Shown here in pieces: positions 9,144-20,608 of a stretch of DNA of 64,000 nt. This DNA is from Giardia intestinalis. Lineage: Eukaryota. The stretch lies in assembly GCA_000002435.2 (NCBI GenBank), contig CM018792.1. One strand, 5' to 3'. The first letter of the stretch is position 1, and every line of letters starts with the position of its first letter. A model generated the notes under the pieces. The model did no database searches and had not been told where the DNA came from. It saw only the letters and a program-made list of their open reading frames with translations. Position numbers and translations under genes: made by a program.

Positions 9144-12100
9144 ATGAGCATTGCGACCCTTCCACTCTCTCCGGTTGGGCCCGCAGGCTACAATCACAAT
9201 GTATTCATCCACCTCCATGAGCAGGGATGCTTAATACATAATAATATTGGGTCATCGTCCTGTCACGTTTCCGTGCTGGTTCCTGTCCGGCTTGTGCACG
9301 CTACAGACTTCCTTGCACTTTCAGCTATTAAGTATTGCTTCTTGAAGAAAAGTGCCAATTACGCACCAGGATACATGCACAGTTACTTCGCCTCCACTAT
9401 GGCGTCCATTCCCACTGTTACACACCTTAGAGGTCTTTCAGGTCTAGCTTTTTCGTACTCATTTCTTGCAAACCAAGACATAACCAACCACAAGCAGTTT
9501 TCAGAGACAGTCACAAAGCAGCTTCTCGTCCTTCTTTCCCACATCTTTTACCCGGGTACCTTCGATATGTTTAGCATGTATGATTTTCAACGTATCTGTG
9601 ACGACTATGACAAGGCCATTGTGCAGGCTGCCATTGTTGACCAGATCACCGGCCGTGCAGCTTTGGCGAGCCTGCGTGACGTCGTTAAGGTTGATAAGAT
9701 GCTTCCATCTAAATTGCGCGAGATAACGAAGCAGTACTTTAACTCCGTTCTGCGTAGTGCTCCCTTCATCGTGTTTGTAACGACACAGTCTGAAGTTATA
9801 CCTGTCATCCTACGTCAAGCTATAAAGAATTGGTGCAGCCGCCTCGACGTGCAAGGACCATCAGGATCGTCTAAGCGTTCTTCCTTTCTACAGGGTGAGG
9901 GTTTGAGACGAGGCTATCAACCTGATCAAACATATATAAAGAACAAGCCTCTTATGCTAGACGCCGAGGACGAGCGTAAGCAAATGGCCAACACGACAGC
10001 TCAGACGCCCATTCTTTTTGTTCAGAAAGACAGTAGTATCTACAAGCATGTAGTGGACATTGTTGTTACCTCTAGGCGTTACATACTGCTTAACGTCTTC
10101 GATATTACATTAGCTCGCATGCTTTTTCAGTGGCTTATTGACGGCAATAAGATTCTCGATGCAATTATTAAGTACTCGAATTCATCCATTTATCTAGTGC
10201 ACGAATTGAAAGCGCTTCCGCTTCAACTAGAGGAATTTTTTGTAGGGAAGCATTATCATCTCCAGCTAGTCATCAAGAACGTACCAATTCTTATAGCAGA
10301 TATTCTGACTACTATTCTCAGCTCACTAGATCTCCAGAAGGACGTATCGAAGTACGTCTCTACCCACCTTGACTCATTCGTTAGTTTCATTCAGCGAAAA
10401 CAAATTGAAAGTGCACGTGCCTACATCACGAATCCTCATCTAGCCTTGCTGGACGAGGCAATACCCTACATGCTCAGCTTCTTTTCACTGAATGTCTTTG
10501 GGGCTGTGAAGACAGGACTGGGGCTAATGCTTATCGAAGACGTATATGGTCCTCTGAAACTCCTCAGCAAGGAGATGGGCCTGTCCGTGACACTATATGA
10601 CATATGGGGACGTGATTTGTCTAACGAACAGAGAGATACTAAACCTCAGCTTATTGACTCAAATCCGTTTCTTAACAACTACTCTTCTGCATCCTACATT
10701 TATGATGCTAAAGCTGTACTCACAGTTGCGTTTTCCACTGAGCCGGCAGTAAAGAGCCACATCTTCAATAAGGCCACAACAAAGCATGTTATCAGGCGAA
10801 GCAATTCAGTATCAGTGGGCCACATGGACAACATTTCGAGCCGCTCCAACCTACTCACAGGATCTAGGATTGGAGGGCACGGTGACCTCTCCAAAGAGTA
10901 TTCTGGAAAGATGGGTGGCAAAACAACTGCGGATCTTTCAGACAGTAATCTGGCTTCGGCATTTATTCTCAAGAACCACGAGCGCTTTTGCTTCACATTC
11001 TTTGCGGCGCTAGGGGCTATGCAACGAGTTGCCACCATTGTAACGCACTGTCATGAAAGCATCTACGACACCATGAGCAAGTTTGTTGCCGCTTTCTTCG
11101 CCGGCTGCTGGACTGTCACTCTGATTGGTGACAGGGTATCGGACTTCTTTAGTTCGTTAGTTGACAGTATCAAGATTTCGCTGCACTCCAATAGTAGCAA
11201 GATGTATAGCAACATTTGGTTCTACTACCTCGGAGGATCGTCGCTTAAGCTTCAGAAACTGGCTTCTGAGGAAAAACTTTGTCCGCAAATGTTTACTATC
11301 CAGCCTTTTGACAAGGTACCTTACGTTTCTGTACCTCTGGCCACTATGAATTTGAAGCTGTTTGATTGTAGCACCGTAGCAATATCCCCATGGGTGTACA
11401 ATATCGTTCATCCTGAAACCGATTGCAAATACATCGATATAGCTAACAGGATTTCTAAATTTTGTGGCTTTACTGTCCAGGATACTATCTCTTCTGTAAC
11501 TATTACAGATCAGGAGCTGCTCAGCGTGTTCTTTGGATCACCACTTGCATCATTAGTTACCAATCTTACGAAGCTCCAAGAAGCAACGGCAACAAACCTC
11601 ACAACTCATAACATCAGCCTGGGGCTTGTGGCACGACAGCAGTCCATCGACAATAACAAGCTGATTCAGCACATCTCTCACTCTAGAGAAATCATCGACG
11701 ACTCTGCTGTCTTTGCCTTAAAAGCAGTTCAATCCTCTATTATCTGTGCGTCTAATACGCATTCGCATATATCTCACAACGCCTCTAAGGAGCTACCATG
11801 TACCTATTCCTTTGATACCGTAGAAGATCTATTTGACCATCTCCACCCGATAAGTGCCGATATAGTTCTCGGCTCATCCTCCTATCTGCCAAAGTTTTTG
11901 CACTCCAGCCTTTTCATGAACGATATGGAAACAAGCTTCACACTCAAAGTACTCTTTAATGCTTCCAATGCCATTTCCGCAGGGCTATCTGCAGAGTTCC
12001 TCGCGCATTTGCACGTCTATCTAGATGTTTTGAACTCATTTAGCTCCAACATACTGTTTGCTTTTGAATCTCTGGATAGCTGCATATCTGTCACGCTTCG

Positions 12101-14252
12101 TGCAATATCTTTGCAACACTTTCTACAACTTGTGGACACGCTCCTAGAGATTATCCATCATCGACAGCTCAGCATACCTGACCTAGAGTTTTTAAATCTT
12201 TCTGGAGGCTCAGTGACTGCCAGCAACCTCCTCCTTCTCACAAATTCCATCTTCATGGGCCAAACAGCTAAGCTCTATCTAGATATCTGTTTTGACAACT
12301 ACTTCTTAATGACACAACCGACCAGTCGGCTCAAGGACGTCGCTCACGCGTTCAACTCAAGCAAACAACACCTGGCCCATCTTACTACCATTGTGGCTTT
12401 GAGCAAGCTCCACAGCTTCACAAAGGGACTTCCCTCTGTGTTACCTCCGTCTCCTGCCACACTTGGTAATCAGCTGTATGGTATAGCATCCTCTCAAGGT
12501 GCTCTTCTGAACACTATTTCCTTGACGTTTTGTATAAAAAAGACGCTCGATGATAATGCATTGTTACAGGACTTTCTATCACAGGACTTGCTTGGTAACA
12601 CTAATGATCTACATGCTTACCTATTCAATTTGACTACGCTATCTCTTGAGTACGTTATTTCTCGCTTAGAAGGAACGCATGCTGTATCTTGTAGCATTGC
12701 TGATAGTGTTCATGTAGGCATGTATTCTGACTATGCAACGATTGACATACTGTGCACTACTGCATCACTATCCAGCATACTTTCTCTGTTCTTTGATGAG
12801 GACGATAGCTTCAATCTGTCTATTCTCATGAAGGAGGTGCCTAACGATGTGTCTCTTTGTTTAGCTGTTCGCACCCTGTTTGACTTCCCGAATCTCTTTA
12901 CTGCGGCAAATGTCCAGCACCTCTCTGCTCTTCTGCTGAATTATTATAAAGGATTCTCCCCGAGATTGGAGATTCTTTACGGCACGCTGAAGTTGACGGC
13001 CAGCGAAATGACTGAGGTGTGCACTCAGCACTTCACACCTCTCCCCACCACCTCCATAAATCTTTTCAAGCAGCCAAATACACTAGAATATCTGCATTTT
13101 ATATCTGCTACGTACAAGAAGGTAGCGATGGCTCAGTCAAGGTTCCGATTGGATGATCTGGAGAGGTTGCAGAGCTCCAATGAAGAGGCTAGTGTTAGAA
13201 ACAAGGTCCTTTTGGAGTCGAATGAGTTTACTCAAGCACATCCTATGGACACTACTACCAAATCCGATATGAAGATGATCTCCAAACTAGAAAAACTGCG
13301 TGCTTATCGACAGTTGCTCGAGCGGCAGCTCAAGGACATACATCAAAAGAACGAGGCTGTCGCGCTTGCATGTCATTCGGCTCACGATTCCACCCAGAAT
13401 GTTAATCTCTCTTCACCCCTGAAGACACAAGCCAATACCAATGACATTCGTTATGTGCCAAACTCCGATAACGAAGGAGATCTAGATTCAATGTTCATAC
13501 ACAACCCGACAGAGTTCTTAGTCACTGCATTTAACGTCCAATTGGAGAAGAAAGGAATATATACCATTAACGGCTTTCCCATTTGGTTCAAACATCTCGA
13601 AATGAACGTTTTCCCAACAAACTCTCTAACGCTTGGTCTCAATATAGCACATCCTAGCCACTCCACGATTACAAAGAAGCATGACTTTTATGGAAGCCTG
13701 CCCTTTTATGTCACACACCTAGGTAAGAACATGTCTCAACTCTACATCCAAGAGACTGCGCTGTGGTATGCCATGCACCTTCAGCAGGCTCTCTCACTCA
13801 TGCAGAACATTCCTCTGAGGCACGAGCTTCAGCTTGCAGGTATGCACAGCAGAATCTTAAGCACCGTTACTGGACTGCCTTATCCTATTGGAATTTCGGC
13901 TGTCCATGGATGCAATGTCTATTTCCGCGACCCGCAGAGTACAGTTGCCCCTAAGAGCATTATAAAGGGCCATTACTCTAAACTATTTTCATACACTCAA
14001 GATGCGCACGGGCAGACAGCCGAGCCTGCTGGGCCAGTGCTATCGCTAAGTCCTGACGCAGTGCCTCCACTTACAAACTTCCAGATGTGTGCGGGGATGC
14101 TGATGGAGAATCTTGCCGTCATTGCATACTACTTAGATGTGGATATTTCGTTGCATGCCGGTCGCAAAGCGCCTTCAGACCCGGCTGAATACCTTTTCTA
14201 CCTGTATAGGGACTGTTTACTGCACAAGCACGGCCTGTCCCGATTGTCCTAA
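9144..14252 (+). CDS. Large hypothetical protein (1702 aa)
   Basis: Uninterrupted ORF with the start context aaaaATGagc. No motif I can name. Confidence 0.55.
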   Translation: MSIATLPLSPVGPAGYNHNVFIHLHEQGCLIHNNIGSSSCHVSVLVPVRLVHATDFLALSAIKYCFLKKSANYAPGYMHSYFASTMASIPTVTHLRGLSGLAFSYSFLANQDITNHKQFSETVTKQLLVLLSHIFYPGTFDMFSMYDFQRICDDYDKAIVQAAIVDQITGRAALASLRDVVKVDKMLPSKLREITKQYFNSVLRSAPFIVFVTTQSEVIPVILRQAIKNWCSRLDVQGPSGSSKRSSFLQGEGLRRGYQPDQTYIKNKPLMLDAEDERKQMANTTAQTPILFVQKDSSIYKHVVDIVVTSRRYILLNVFDITLARMLFQWLIDGNKILDAIIKYSNSSIYLVHELKALPLQLEEFFVGKHYHLQLVIKNVPILIADILTTILSSLDLQKDVSKYVSTHLDSFVSFIQRKQIESARAYITNPHLALLDEAIPYMLSFFSLNVFGAVKTGLGLMLIEDVYGPLKLLSKEMGLSVTLYDIWGRDLSNEQRDTKPQLIDSNPFLNNYSSASYIYDAKAVLTVAFSTEPAVKSHIFNKATTKHVIRRSNSVSVGHMDNISSRSNLLTGSRIGGHGDLSKEYSGKMGGKTTADLSDSNLASAFILKNHERFCFTFFAALGAMQRVATIVTHCHESIYDTMSKFVAAFFAGCWTVTLIGDRVSDFFSSLVDSIKISLHSNSSKMYSNIWFYYLGGSSLKLQKLASEEKLCPQMFTIQPFDKVPYVSVPLATMNLKLFDCSTVAISPWVYNIVHPETDCKYIDIANRISKFCGFTVQDTISSVTITDQELLSVFFGSPLASLVTNLTKLQEATATNLTTHNISLGLVARQQSIDNNKLIQHISHSREIIDDSAVFALKAVQSSIICASNTHSHISHNASKELPCTYSFDTVEDLFDHLHPISADIVLGSSSYLPKFLHSSLFMNDMETSFTLKVLFNASNAISAGLSAEFLAHLHVYLDVLNSFSSNILFAFESLDSCISVTLRAISLQHFLQLVDTLLEIIHHRQLSIPDLEFLNLSGGSVTASNLLLLTNSIFMGQTAKLYLDICFDNYFLMTQPTSRLKDVAHAFNSSKQHLAHLTTIVALSKLHSFTKGLPSVLPPSPATLGNQLYGIASSQGALLNTISLTFCIKKTLDDNALLQDFLSQDLLGNTNDLHAYLFNLTTLSLEYVISRLEGTHAVSCSIADSVHVGMYSDYATIDILCTTASLSSILSLFFDEDDSFNLSILMKEVPNDVSLCLAVRTLFDFPNLFTAANVQHLSALLLNYYKGFSPRLEILYGTLKLTASEMTEVCTQHFTPLPTTSINLFKQPNTLEYLHFISATYKKVAMAQSRFRLDDLERLQSSNEEASVRNKVLLESNEFTQAHPMDTTTKSDMKMISKLEKLRAYRQLLERQLKDIHQKNEAVALACHSAHDSTQNVNLSSPLKTQANTNDIRYVPNSDNEGDLDSMFIHNPTEFLVTAFNVQLEKKGIYTINGFPIWFKHLEMNVFPTNSLTLGLNIAHPSHSTITKKHDFYGSLPFYVTHLGKNMSQLYIQETALWYAMHLQQALSLMQNIPLRHELQLAGMHSRILSTVTGLPYPIGISAVHGCNVYFRDPQSTVAPKSIIKGHYSKLFSYTQDAHGQTAEPAGPVLSLSPDAVPPLTNFQMCAGMLMENLAVIAYYLDVDISLHAGRKAPSDPAEYLFYLYRDCLLHKHGLSRLS

Positions 14253-14254
14253 TA

Positions 14255-15715
14255 TCACTTTTGCATGCACTCTAAATCTAATCGCAATTGGCTCAAGTAC
14301 GAGCAGCAGGCGAGCAAAAAGGTCAGGTCAAAGATTCCGCAACCGTTGGTCTGGATGGCAGAACGCACTTTTTCTGTGATAAAATACAATATATCTGTAA
14401 ATATACTTCCGCAACTAGCATAAAAACAGATTTCGGACATTAATGGGGTCTTCCCCGTGATGTTTGGCTGTATGAACACACTCAGAGCAAATGGGCCCGG
14501 GACCGTCTTGCGCTGTTGTCTGTCAATGTTAGGGACTAAGAACTGGAAGACCTTCTCCAAATCACTGCGCCACCTGTCCGCGGTGTCAGAGATGCAGAAG
14601 GCATGGTGTGAGATGATCGCATACGAGCCGCCGGACAACGCCTTCACCGAACTGACGACCTCACGTGCCACATTAAGAGCTGTCTTATGAGCAGAGTAAC
14701 TTACATGCAGGGTGCCCATGGCACACGTCTGGCCAGTTACAGAGAAGGCGGAGCCGGTGGACATGTGTAGACAAAGATGTGCAAGATTGTCCCGATTTAA
14801 CAGGCTGAGAATAATGAATATTACATCAACGCAATATCCATATGCATGTAAGTCATCGAACGAGGAAATAGCTATTCTATCGGATGTCTGGGGAATGATG
14901 TTGTGGTACATGTTCTTGGCCTCAGCCTCAGGTGCGCCGTCGCCTTCAGACTTATCACTCATGTCAGTGCCTCTGACCTTATTCTTTTCTGAAGACGTCA
15001 GACTGAGGCCCATGAACCTCATGAAGGCTAGCTTATCTTTGAAGCACTCTCCAACGTCTGTCGGCACATGATGAGGTACAAAGAGAACAGAGGCAGCCCG
15101 GCGTAGAGCCACAGACATGATGATAGCGTAGTTACAAAGTTCAAGTGTGGGTATCATGGACCAATTCTTGTTGACCAGCAGGACATGGACATGCGCCAGG
15201 CTATTCAAGATACTGAGCATGGGGCTGAGGCACCCTGAGATTGAGTCGCTTGGGTCGCAGACAACCATGAGCTCCTGGGCAGTGGGGGTACTCTTGCGCA
15301 TGTAGTGGATGCATGTGTAAACTATTGCCTTGGAAAGTAAATCTGAGCGCCGAACCTCCAAAATTCCGCGAGTAGGAAACTCTCCACTATTGAAAAAGAT
15401 GTCTTTTCCAGACATTCTACCGGCATCGTCAAAGTTGTGGTTTGACAGAAAGTCCTCTGCTGTAATGGATAGACAGTATTCCTTTGTAGTGATGTACACA
15501 CACCCAAGTGACGCTGATTGTTTTGCGTGGTGGGTATAGTGCGACTTAAGAAATGCCGAGCGGATCAGTTGAGGCCTATGGTCTGCGAAGACGAAGTCAA
15601 TGTTGCCGGCGGTAAGCACTCGTTTGAACACATCTTTCTCACCATTTGTCACTAGCATCCTTGTCATCATGGTCCCGCTGTATATCGCTTCCTGACCAAG
15701 CCACACAATAAGCAT
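14255..15715 (-). CDS. Hypothetical protein. The start is uncertain.
   Basis: ORF 14255..15745. Position 15745 is TTG. The first ATGs are at 15715 (MLIVW...) and 15670/15667 (MMTRM...). Its stop lies 2 nt from the stop of the convergent 9144..14252 gene. Confidence 0.45.
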   Translation of the reverse strand: MLIVWLGQEAIYSGTMMTRMLVTNGEKDVFKRVLTAGNIDFVFADHRPQLIRSAFLKSHYTHHAKQSASLGCVYITTKEYCLSITAEDFLSNHNFDDAGRMSGKDIFFNSGEFPTRGILEVRRSDLLSKAIVYTCIHYMRKSTPTAQELMVVCDPSDSISGCLSPMLSILNSLAHVHVLLVNKNWSMIPTLELCNYAIIMSVALRRAASVLFVPHHVPTDVGECFKDKLAFMRFMGLSLTSSEKNKVRGTDMSDKSEGDGAPEAEAKNMYHNIIPQTSDRIAISSFDDLHAYGYCVDVIFIILSLLNRDNLAHLCLHMSTGSAFSVTGQTCAMGTLHVSYSAHKTALNVAREVVSSVKALSGGSYAIISHHAFCISDTADRWRSDLEKVFQFLVPNIDRQQRKTVPGPFALSVFIQPNITGKTPLMSEICFYASCGSIFTDILYFITEKVRSAIQTNGCGIFDLTFLLACCSYLSQLRLDLECMQK

Positions 15716-15786
15716 CGCGGAAGCACAGGAAAGCGCAGAAGACAAAATAAAATTCTTACTAACCGCACAACCTCACGCGCCACCTC

Positions 15787-16698
15787 ATGCTGTGCAAGTC
15801 CGTCTACGACAAGTTCCGCTATGTAAACTGGCCCGGGCCACTGATGAAGTATACAATACAGCGAAAGACGGTTTTGATCCCTCCAGAGGTCTGCAAAGAG
15901 ATTGTTTCCGATGACATGGCCATGACCAGTGTCAATGCCCCTGCGCTGCATAAGTTCTGCGAAAGCCTTGATCTTGTTAATGGGAAGTTCCTTAAGGTGG
16001 ACTGGGCAGCCCCCACTGACTGTTCCCAGATTGTGGAGACTCTAATGTGCATTGTCCCCAGCAACGCCTTTATCCTGCTGAAGATGTCTGAAAAGATACG
16101 CAATGCGCTCCTAAACTTCCACAACGAAGAGATTCCTGGCAAGTTTGATCCCAGTATTCCGCACTATCTCTATGTTATGCCATATGAGCGTCTTCACAAG
16201 ATCTTCGAGTACCGCATATTCATCAAGGATCTGCGTATTGTCCTCATCGCTCCGCGTTATCAGTGCATGATCACCGACGTGACTACAGACATCGTCCGCT
16301 TTGTCAAGGTCTTCCTCCTCGAGCACATCACTCAGCACATGGGTGTCACGGACCTCATAATCGATCTCTACTGTGATGTAGATGAAGACATATGTTCTTC
16401 TATTCTTCTCTTAGACATGCAACCCCTGCCGACAGCAGAGTCCGCCTTCGAAGACCTTTGTGTGCTGGGAGCCGCTGTTTTGAAGGAGAGATTGAAGCCT
16501 GACGCAATTCTAGACCCCCTGTTTGTCAATCCTACTGTTGAAAGGATATCTGCAGTGGGGCGAGCCACCACGAACAACACTTACCCCTCCGAGCTTACAT
16601 CTGGGATGATCTCTGGCACCCACACGGAAATCATAGAGCTTGTCCGACAGGCCACTCGCAAGACAGAGATCCCCGAGCTGGTCAGTCTCAGGCTCTAG
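15787..16698 (+). CDS. CDC123: CDC123/D123 family protein
   Basis: KFLKVDWAAPTDCSQIVE matches the D123 LNWSsPkDA motif, and EYRIFIKDLRIVLIAPRY matches the eFRcFV...iGISQR motif. The N-terminal C.....W......TI....ilP.P pattern also matches. Confidence 0.6.
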   Translation: MLCKSVYDKFRYVNWPGPLMKYTIQRKTVLIPPEVCKEIVSDDMAMTSVNAPALHKFCESLDLVNGKFLKVDWAAPTDCSQIVETLMCIVPSNAFILLKMSEKIRNALLNFHNEEIPGKFDPSIPHYLYVMPYERLHKIFEYRIFIKDLRIVLIAPRYQCMITDVTTDIVRFVKVFLLEHITQHMGVTDLIIDLYCDVDEDICSSILLLDMQPLPTAESAFEDLCVLGAAVLKERLKPDAILDPLFVNPTVERISAVGRATTNNTYPSELTSGMISGTHTEIIELVRQATRKTEIPELVSLRL

Positions 16699-16786
16699 GG
16701 CAGCCTGTTTGGTATGCTTGACTCTTTCAATTGCAGGTTAGTAAATTTGAAAGCGGGAAAAGAAGACCAAGTCTTGTCTTCAGCGC

Positions 16787-19150
16787 ATGCGTCCAGGCAG
16801 CAGCTCATACCAAGAGCGCCTTCAACGCCTCCCTCTTGTTGAGGATGCATTCCTGGGAGACGTGCGTACGCGGTACTCAACTGCCGGCCCTTGGCGGTTA
16901 GGAGGCCAGTGCTCTGCTGTACCTACAACCCTTCCACCCTGCATAGCAGATATCCATATAAAGCGGCAGCAAGCGGAGCACATTCGGCCTGCTTCTGTCT
17001 ATTTGGAGATGGATTATTCACCAGGGATTGTTTCCGATAGCTCTTTGCTATTCCCAACTGATCAGGATGACAAGAAACACCTAAGAATGTTCCATGGCAG
17101 CTTCTCTTTGCATCTCCCCAAAGCCTCTTCATATCCCTTGGGACTCTCATTTCTTAAATCGATCACTGGCAAGTCATGTCGACAACGTTACTTAAAATTG
17201 TTAGACTTATTATCAACAGATGCACTGCACGTAACAAAAGCCTTAGTTAGCCACACTTCAAGTGTAAGCCCTTCGGCTGCCCTAGATCCACCTCAAAGCA
17301 CCCAACTGGTATTATCAACGCACCGAGCTATTCTACGACCTATAGTATGTCGCGAACTTCTGACAGACGTAGTTCGTCTACTAACATGTAGTGCACCAGA
17401 CGTGGTGACACTATCAAGTTTAGAGCGCTCAGCTCGTTGGTTCCTTACAGCTGCCCCTCACTCTATCTGGTTTTCAGACCGTAATGGACTAAGCACTGGC
17501 GTACACATATGTCGTGAGGCCATCAAGTGTAAGAGTACATGTTCGCCACCTGTCAGCTTTCTCTGCAGTTACTTTAAAGCCTCCAATCTTCCTTTAGACA
17601 CTAGTGTTGAGAAAATATCTTCACCAACAATAAGCACTGGCCACCTGAGGCTTGGTCTGGAGCTCTACCTCCTGCTATATAGGTACTACCTGATCAGAAA
17701 GACCCTATTCTTCGCATCTGCGCATTCGCTGAATACAGAGCTGCAGTCGCTTGCAGTACGAACAAATGCACGAGAGATATACTCTCAGCTAGCCAACGTC
17801 TCCACCGACATTCAAGCTTTGTGGACACAGAAGACTACTCTTCAGAACTTTCGGGAATCTCTTCCAGTGAGTGCCACAAGAATGAATCAGCGCATTCAGC
17901 TTCTAAAAATGGCACTAAATGATGCTAGTATGAAGATTCTGAGGCATCAAAAGAAGCATGGTCAAAGCAAAGAATACTGGAGAACCAAGAGCGCTGAGCT
18001 GGAGCAGAGCGCTATGCGCCAACGGAAGGTGCAGCAAGACCTTCAAGACCAAATACAGAGGCTTGAGCAACGCGTTAAGTCATCAACTTTGGCAAAGACG
18101 CGAGTCTCGAGAGGAGCCGAGAAGATCCAATCAAGCGTGGACAAATTGAACAATAAAATGGCCGCAAAAAAGGGAGAACTGGAAGGATTGAACAAACAGA
18201 TTAAGGAACTAAATCAAACGCTCACTGATAAAGAGTGGCAGATCACCACAGCCCAATCTGTACGCAAACGAGAATTGGAAGCCAATTCCTTGGCACTACA
18301 CACAGAACTTAACAGACTCGATGTACTATTAAGTGCATCGTTCTTTGAAAACAAGCCTGCTAACCTTCACTCAATTATAGCCAACATGCAATTATACATC
18401 TCTCGAATAACCAAAACAAAGGACATAAATCTCACACTTCCGGAGCTAGGCGCGCTTGAGGAGCAGATCCTTGCAATACACAAGACTGGGTTTATCCAGC
18501 TGCTATCAGACAGTATATCTGCTATGCAACGAATCAACTATAAGTTTCCTCCCAAGTTTCTAGGCCTTATGGCTGCAACATGCATTTCACTGCAACAGAG
18601 AACCGCCCTTCTAAAGGAGCTATGCGCATTTTTGGGCAAAGCGCAACCGCACCTCATGGCATGTTGCACGGCGGTCTCTGCAGCACGTACGAGCAAGCCA
18701 TCCGCCCCGCTATCGTCCAATCCAGATGTTAGTGTTATCATAACATCAACCAGCATTCAGCCAAAGCTCTGCTTTCAGCACCATTCGGATGATGCGACAA
18801 CATCTAGCTTCTGTGGTAATAGCGAGGAGGACACAGGGCCCCAAGGAAGCAGCTCTACCAAGGAAGCTTCAGAAGGTGCCTCTCAAGCAAAGGAACCAGA
18901 GCTTTGCAGCTTGCTTGGGTCACCTATTCCGTGGAATCTCTTGCACTACAGGTATTCTACCTCACTGACACTGGAGCAAAACATCTTGCAGTACCTACGA
19001 CAAACCTGTGCCCTCAACCCTTGCATCGCAAGATCCCATCACTACAAGCAGACGCTGAAGCCTTCGCTTGCTGACGAGAGCATAAACAAAAAGTCTGATG
19101 AATGCTGCGAGAAATCCAGCACTCCGCACCCTAGTACCCCTGTGGAATGA
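16787..19150 (+). CDS. Hypothetical protein with a central coiled-coil
   Basis: 787-aa ORF with a true ATG. Coiled-coil around aa 400-480. Confidence 0.5.
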   Translation: MRPGSSSYQERLQRLPLVEDAFLGDVRTRYSTAGPWRLGGQCSAVPTTLPPCIADIHIKRQQAEHIRPASVYLEMDYSPGIVSDSSLLFPTDQDDKKHLRMFHGSFSLHLPKASSYPLGLSFLKSITGKSCRQRYLKLLDLLSTDALHVTKALVSHTSSVSPSAALDPPQSTQLVLSTHRAILRPIVCRELLTDVVRLLTCSAPDVVTLSSLERSARWFLTAAPHSIWFSDRNGLSTGVHICREAIKCKSTCSPPVSFLCSYFKASNLPLDTSVEKISSPTISTGHLRLGLELYLLLYRYYLIRKTLFFASAHSLNTELQSLAVRTNAREIYSQLANVSTDIQALWTQKTTLQNFRESLPVSATRMNQRIQLLKMALNDASMKILRHQKKHGQSKEYWRTKSAELEQSAMRQRKVQQDLQDQIQRLEQRVKSSTLAKTRVSRGAEKIQSSVDKLNNKMAAKKGELEGLNKQIKELNQTLTDKEWQITTAQSVRKRELEANSLALHTELNRLDVLLSASFFENKPANLHSIIANMQLYISRITKTKDINLTLPELGALEEQILAIHKTGFIQLLSDSISAMQRINYKFPPKFLGLMAATCISLQQRTALLKELCAFLGKAQPHLMACCTAVSAARTSKPSAPLSSNPDVSVIITSTSIQPKLCFQHHSDDATTSSFCGNSEEDTGPQGSSSTKEASEGASQAKEPELCSLLGSPIPWNLLHYRYSTSLTLEQNILQYLRQTCALNPCIARSHHYKQTLKPSLADESINKKSDECCEKSSTPHPSTPVE

Positions 19151-20084
19151 ACTATTTGTTAGCGATCTGGAGCGTGAACATATCCTCAATGCGTTGAGAA
19201 CACACAGTTACGCTTTACCGACCTATATTGAGGGACTTGAAACTCTTGTTAAGCTCAAGCACGAGTACATATCCGTCTCCAACAAGCATAGGCTACTCTA
19301 TGAGTATCTCTCCACCACTTCTTGTAGCCCCCAGAGCTCATCTAACACTCTCTTAGCTATTGCGCAATTTCGCTACTACACTCTAGCCACTATCTCCCTT
19401 ACCGCGGCAGCACGCTCGATAATAGGCCTCCCCGTGACTCTACCCTCCTTTAAAATCCTACCAATGGACGCTGGCAACTGGCTGACCCTGATTAGATCCA
19501 TGTATGTGTTCACTCTAGACAGAACAGCGTCCTGTTTGAGTATGATAGAAGTTCCAGAACAGAAAACGGCAGAAGTAGCAGAGAACGCCTTCTCGAATGC
19601 CAAAAATCGGCTCCTGAACTGGATTGTTGATCTATTGGATCCACAGAATCGGTCCGAAGGGAGCACTAAATTGCGCCGTCAGATGGAGGCCTTCTTTCCG
19701 GATGGATCGTTCCTGCCTAAGATGCTATTTGACCCAGATGTGTCATTCCTTGGCCCGTCGCTTTTCATCGACATCAATTTCCGCATGCTGTTGGGGATAT
19801 CCTTCGACGATAAGCCACATCCTGACGATGCCATTGTAAAGCTGAGGCGCTACATAAATGGGCAGCGCCTGAACGACGCTTATTACTGCGGAATCTCCGC
19901 TAAAATCATGACTCCTGAAGAGGCGTTCAACTATGCTATTGGAGAAGAACAGCGGGTACAAGCAGCACACGCAATGATAGAGCAAGCAGCTCTCTACAAG
20001 CAATCCCCCGTATTATTGCCAATTCAGCGTGACTCCAAGAGACGAGAAACATACAGTATATCGACCAACAAAACGGTCAAATAG
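19098..20084 (+). CDS. Hypothetical protein
   Basis: 328-aa ORF in a different frame from the upstream gene. It overlaps that gene's last 53 nt, and a stop sits 4 codons upstream of its ATG. Confidence 0.4.
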   Translation: MNAARNPALRTLVPLWNELFVSDLEREHILNALRTHSYALPTYIEGLETLVKLKHEYISVSNKHRLLYEYLSTTSCSPQSSSNTLLAIAQFRYYTLATISLTAAARSIIGLPVTLPSFKILPMDAGNWLTLIRSMYVFTLDRTASCLSMIEVPEQKTAEVAENAFSNAKNRLLNWIVDLLDPQNRSEGSTKLRRQMEAFFPDGSFLPKMLFDPDVSFLGPSLFIDINFRMLLGISFDDKPHPDDAIVKLRRYINGQRLNDAYYCGISAKIMTPEEAFNYAIGEEQRVQAAHAMIEQAALYKQSPVLLPIQRDSKRRETYSISTNKTVK

Positions 20085-20094
20085 AAACATGGCC

Positions 20095-20574
20095 CTAAGG
20101 AGTTGCCCTCTTGGAGCTTTTAAACTGCACATAGAGCCTTTTCATGGCTGCATATTCGCGTGCTATCAGAGATGCAGAGTAGCTTGGAAAGTAGCGTCTC
20201 TGCAAGTATTGAGCTATGGCGACAAGCGTGTTCCTAGGTGGCTTGGGGGCCTGAGAAGTGGACATGTTCTCATTGTGGAACGATTCCGTGAGGGCCTCCT
20301 GCTCGAATGCTTCAGACTCTATGAGACGGCAAAGAAGCTCTCTGTCCTCTTCAGTAAACTCGCGGCGATCGAACAATGTATCAAGAATAAGCTGCATCTG
20401 CGCTTTGCACACGTTTTCTGGTGTGCCAAGCTTGGCGGCAATCTCGGGCCAAGACACCTGTAAGCTATCAACAAAGCGGTGTAGTGAGCCTCCAGAGAGT
20501 AGTATGCGTTCTATGAGTGCGTAAAGATTTGGGGAGATCTGTGGTCTTTGTAAGGATGCTTGAGAGCTATGCAT
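20095..20574 (-). CDS. Hypothetical protein
   Basis: 159 aa with a true ATG. The upstream context is AT-rich (ttttaaaaataATG). Confidence 0.45.
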   Translation of the reverse strand: MHSSQASLQRPQISPNLYALIERILLSGGSLHRFVDSLQVSWPEIAAKLGTPENVCKAQMQLILDTLFDRREFTEEDRELLCRLIESEAFEQEALTESFHNENMSTSQAPKPPRNTLVAIAQYLQRRYFPSYSASLIAREYAAMKRLYVQFKSSKRATP

Positions 20575-20608
20575 TATTTTTAAAAAGAGACAATAATCGA
20601 TATTTTCA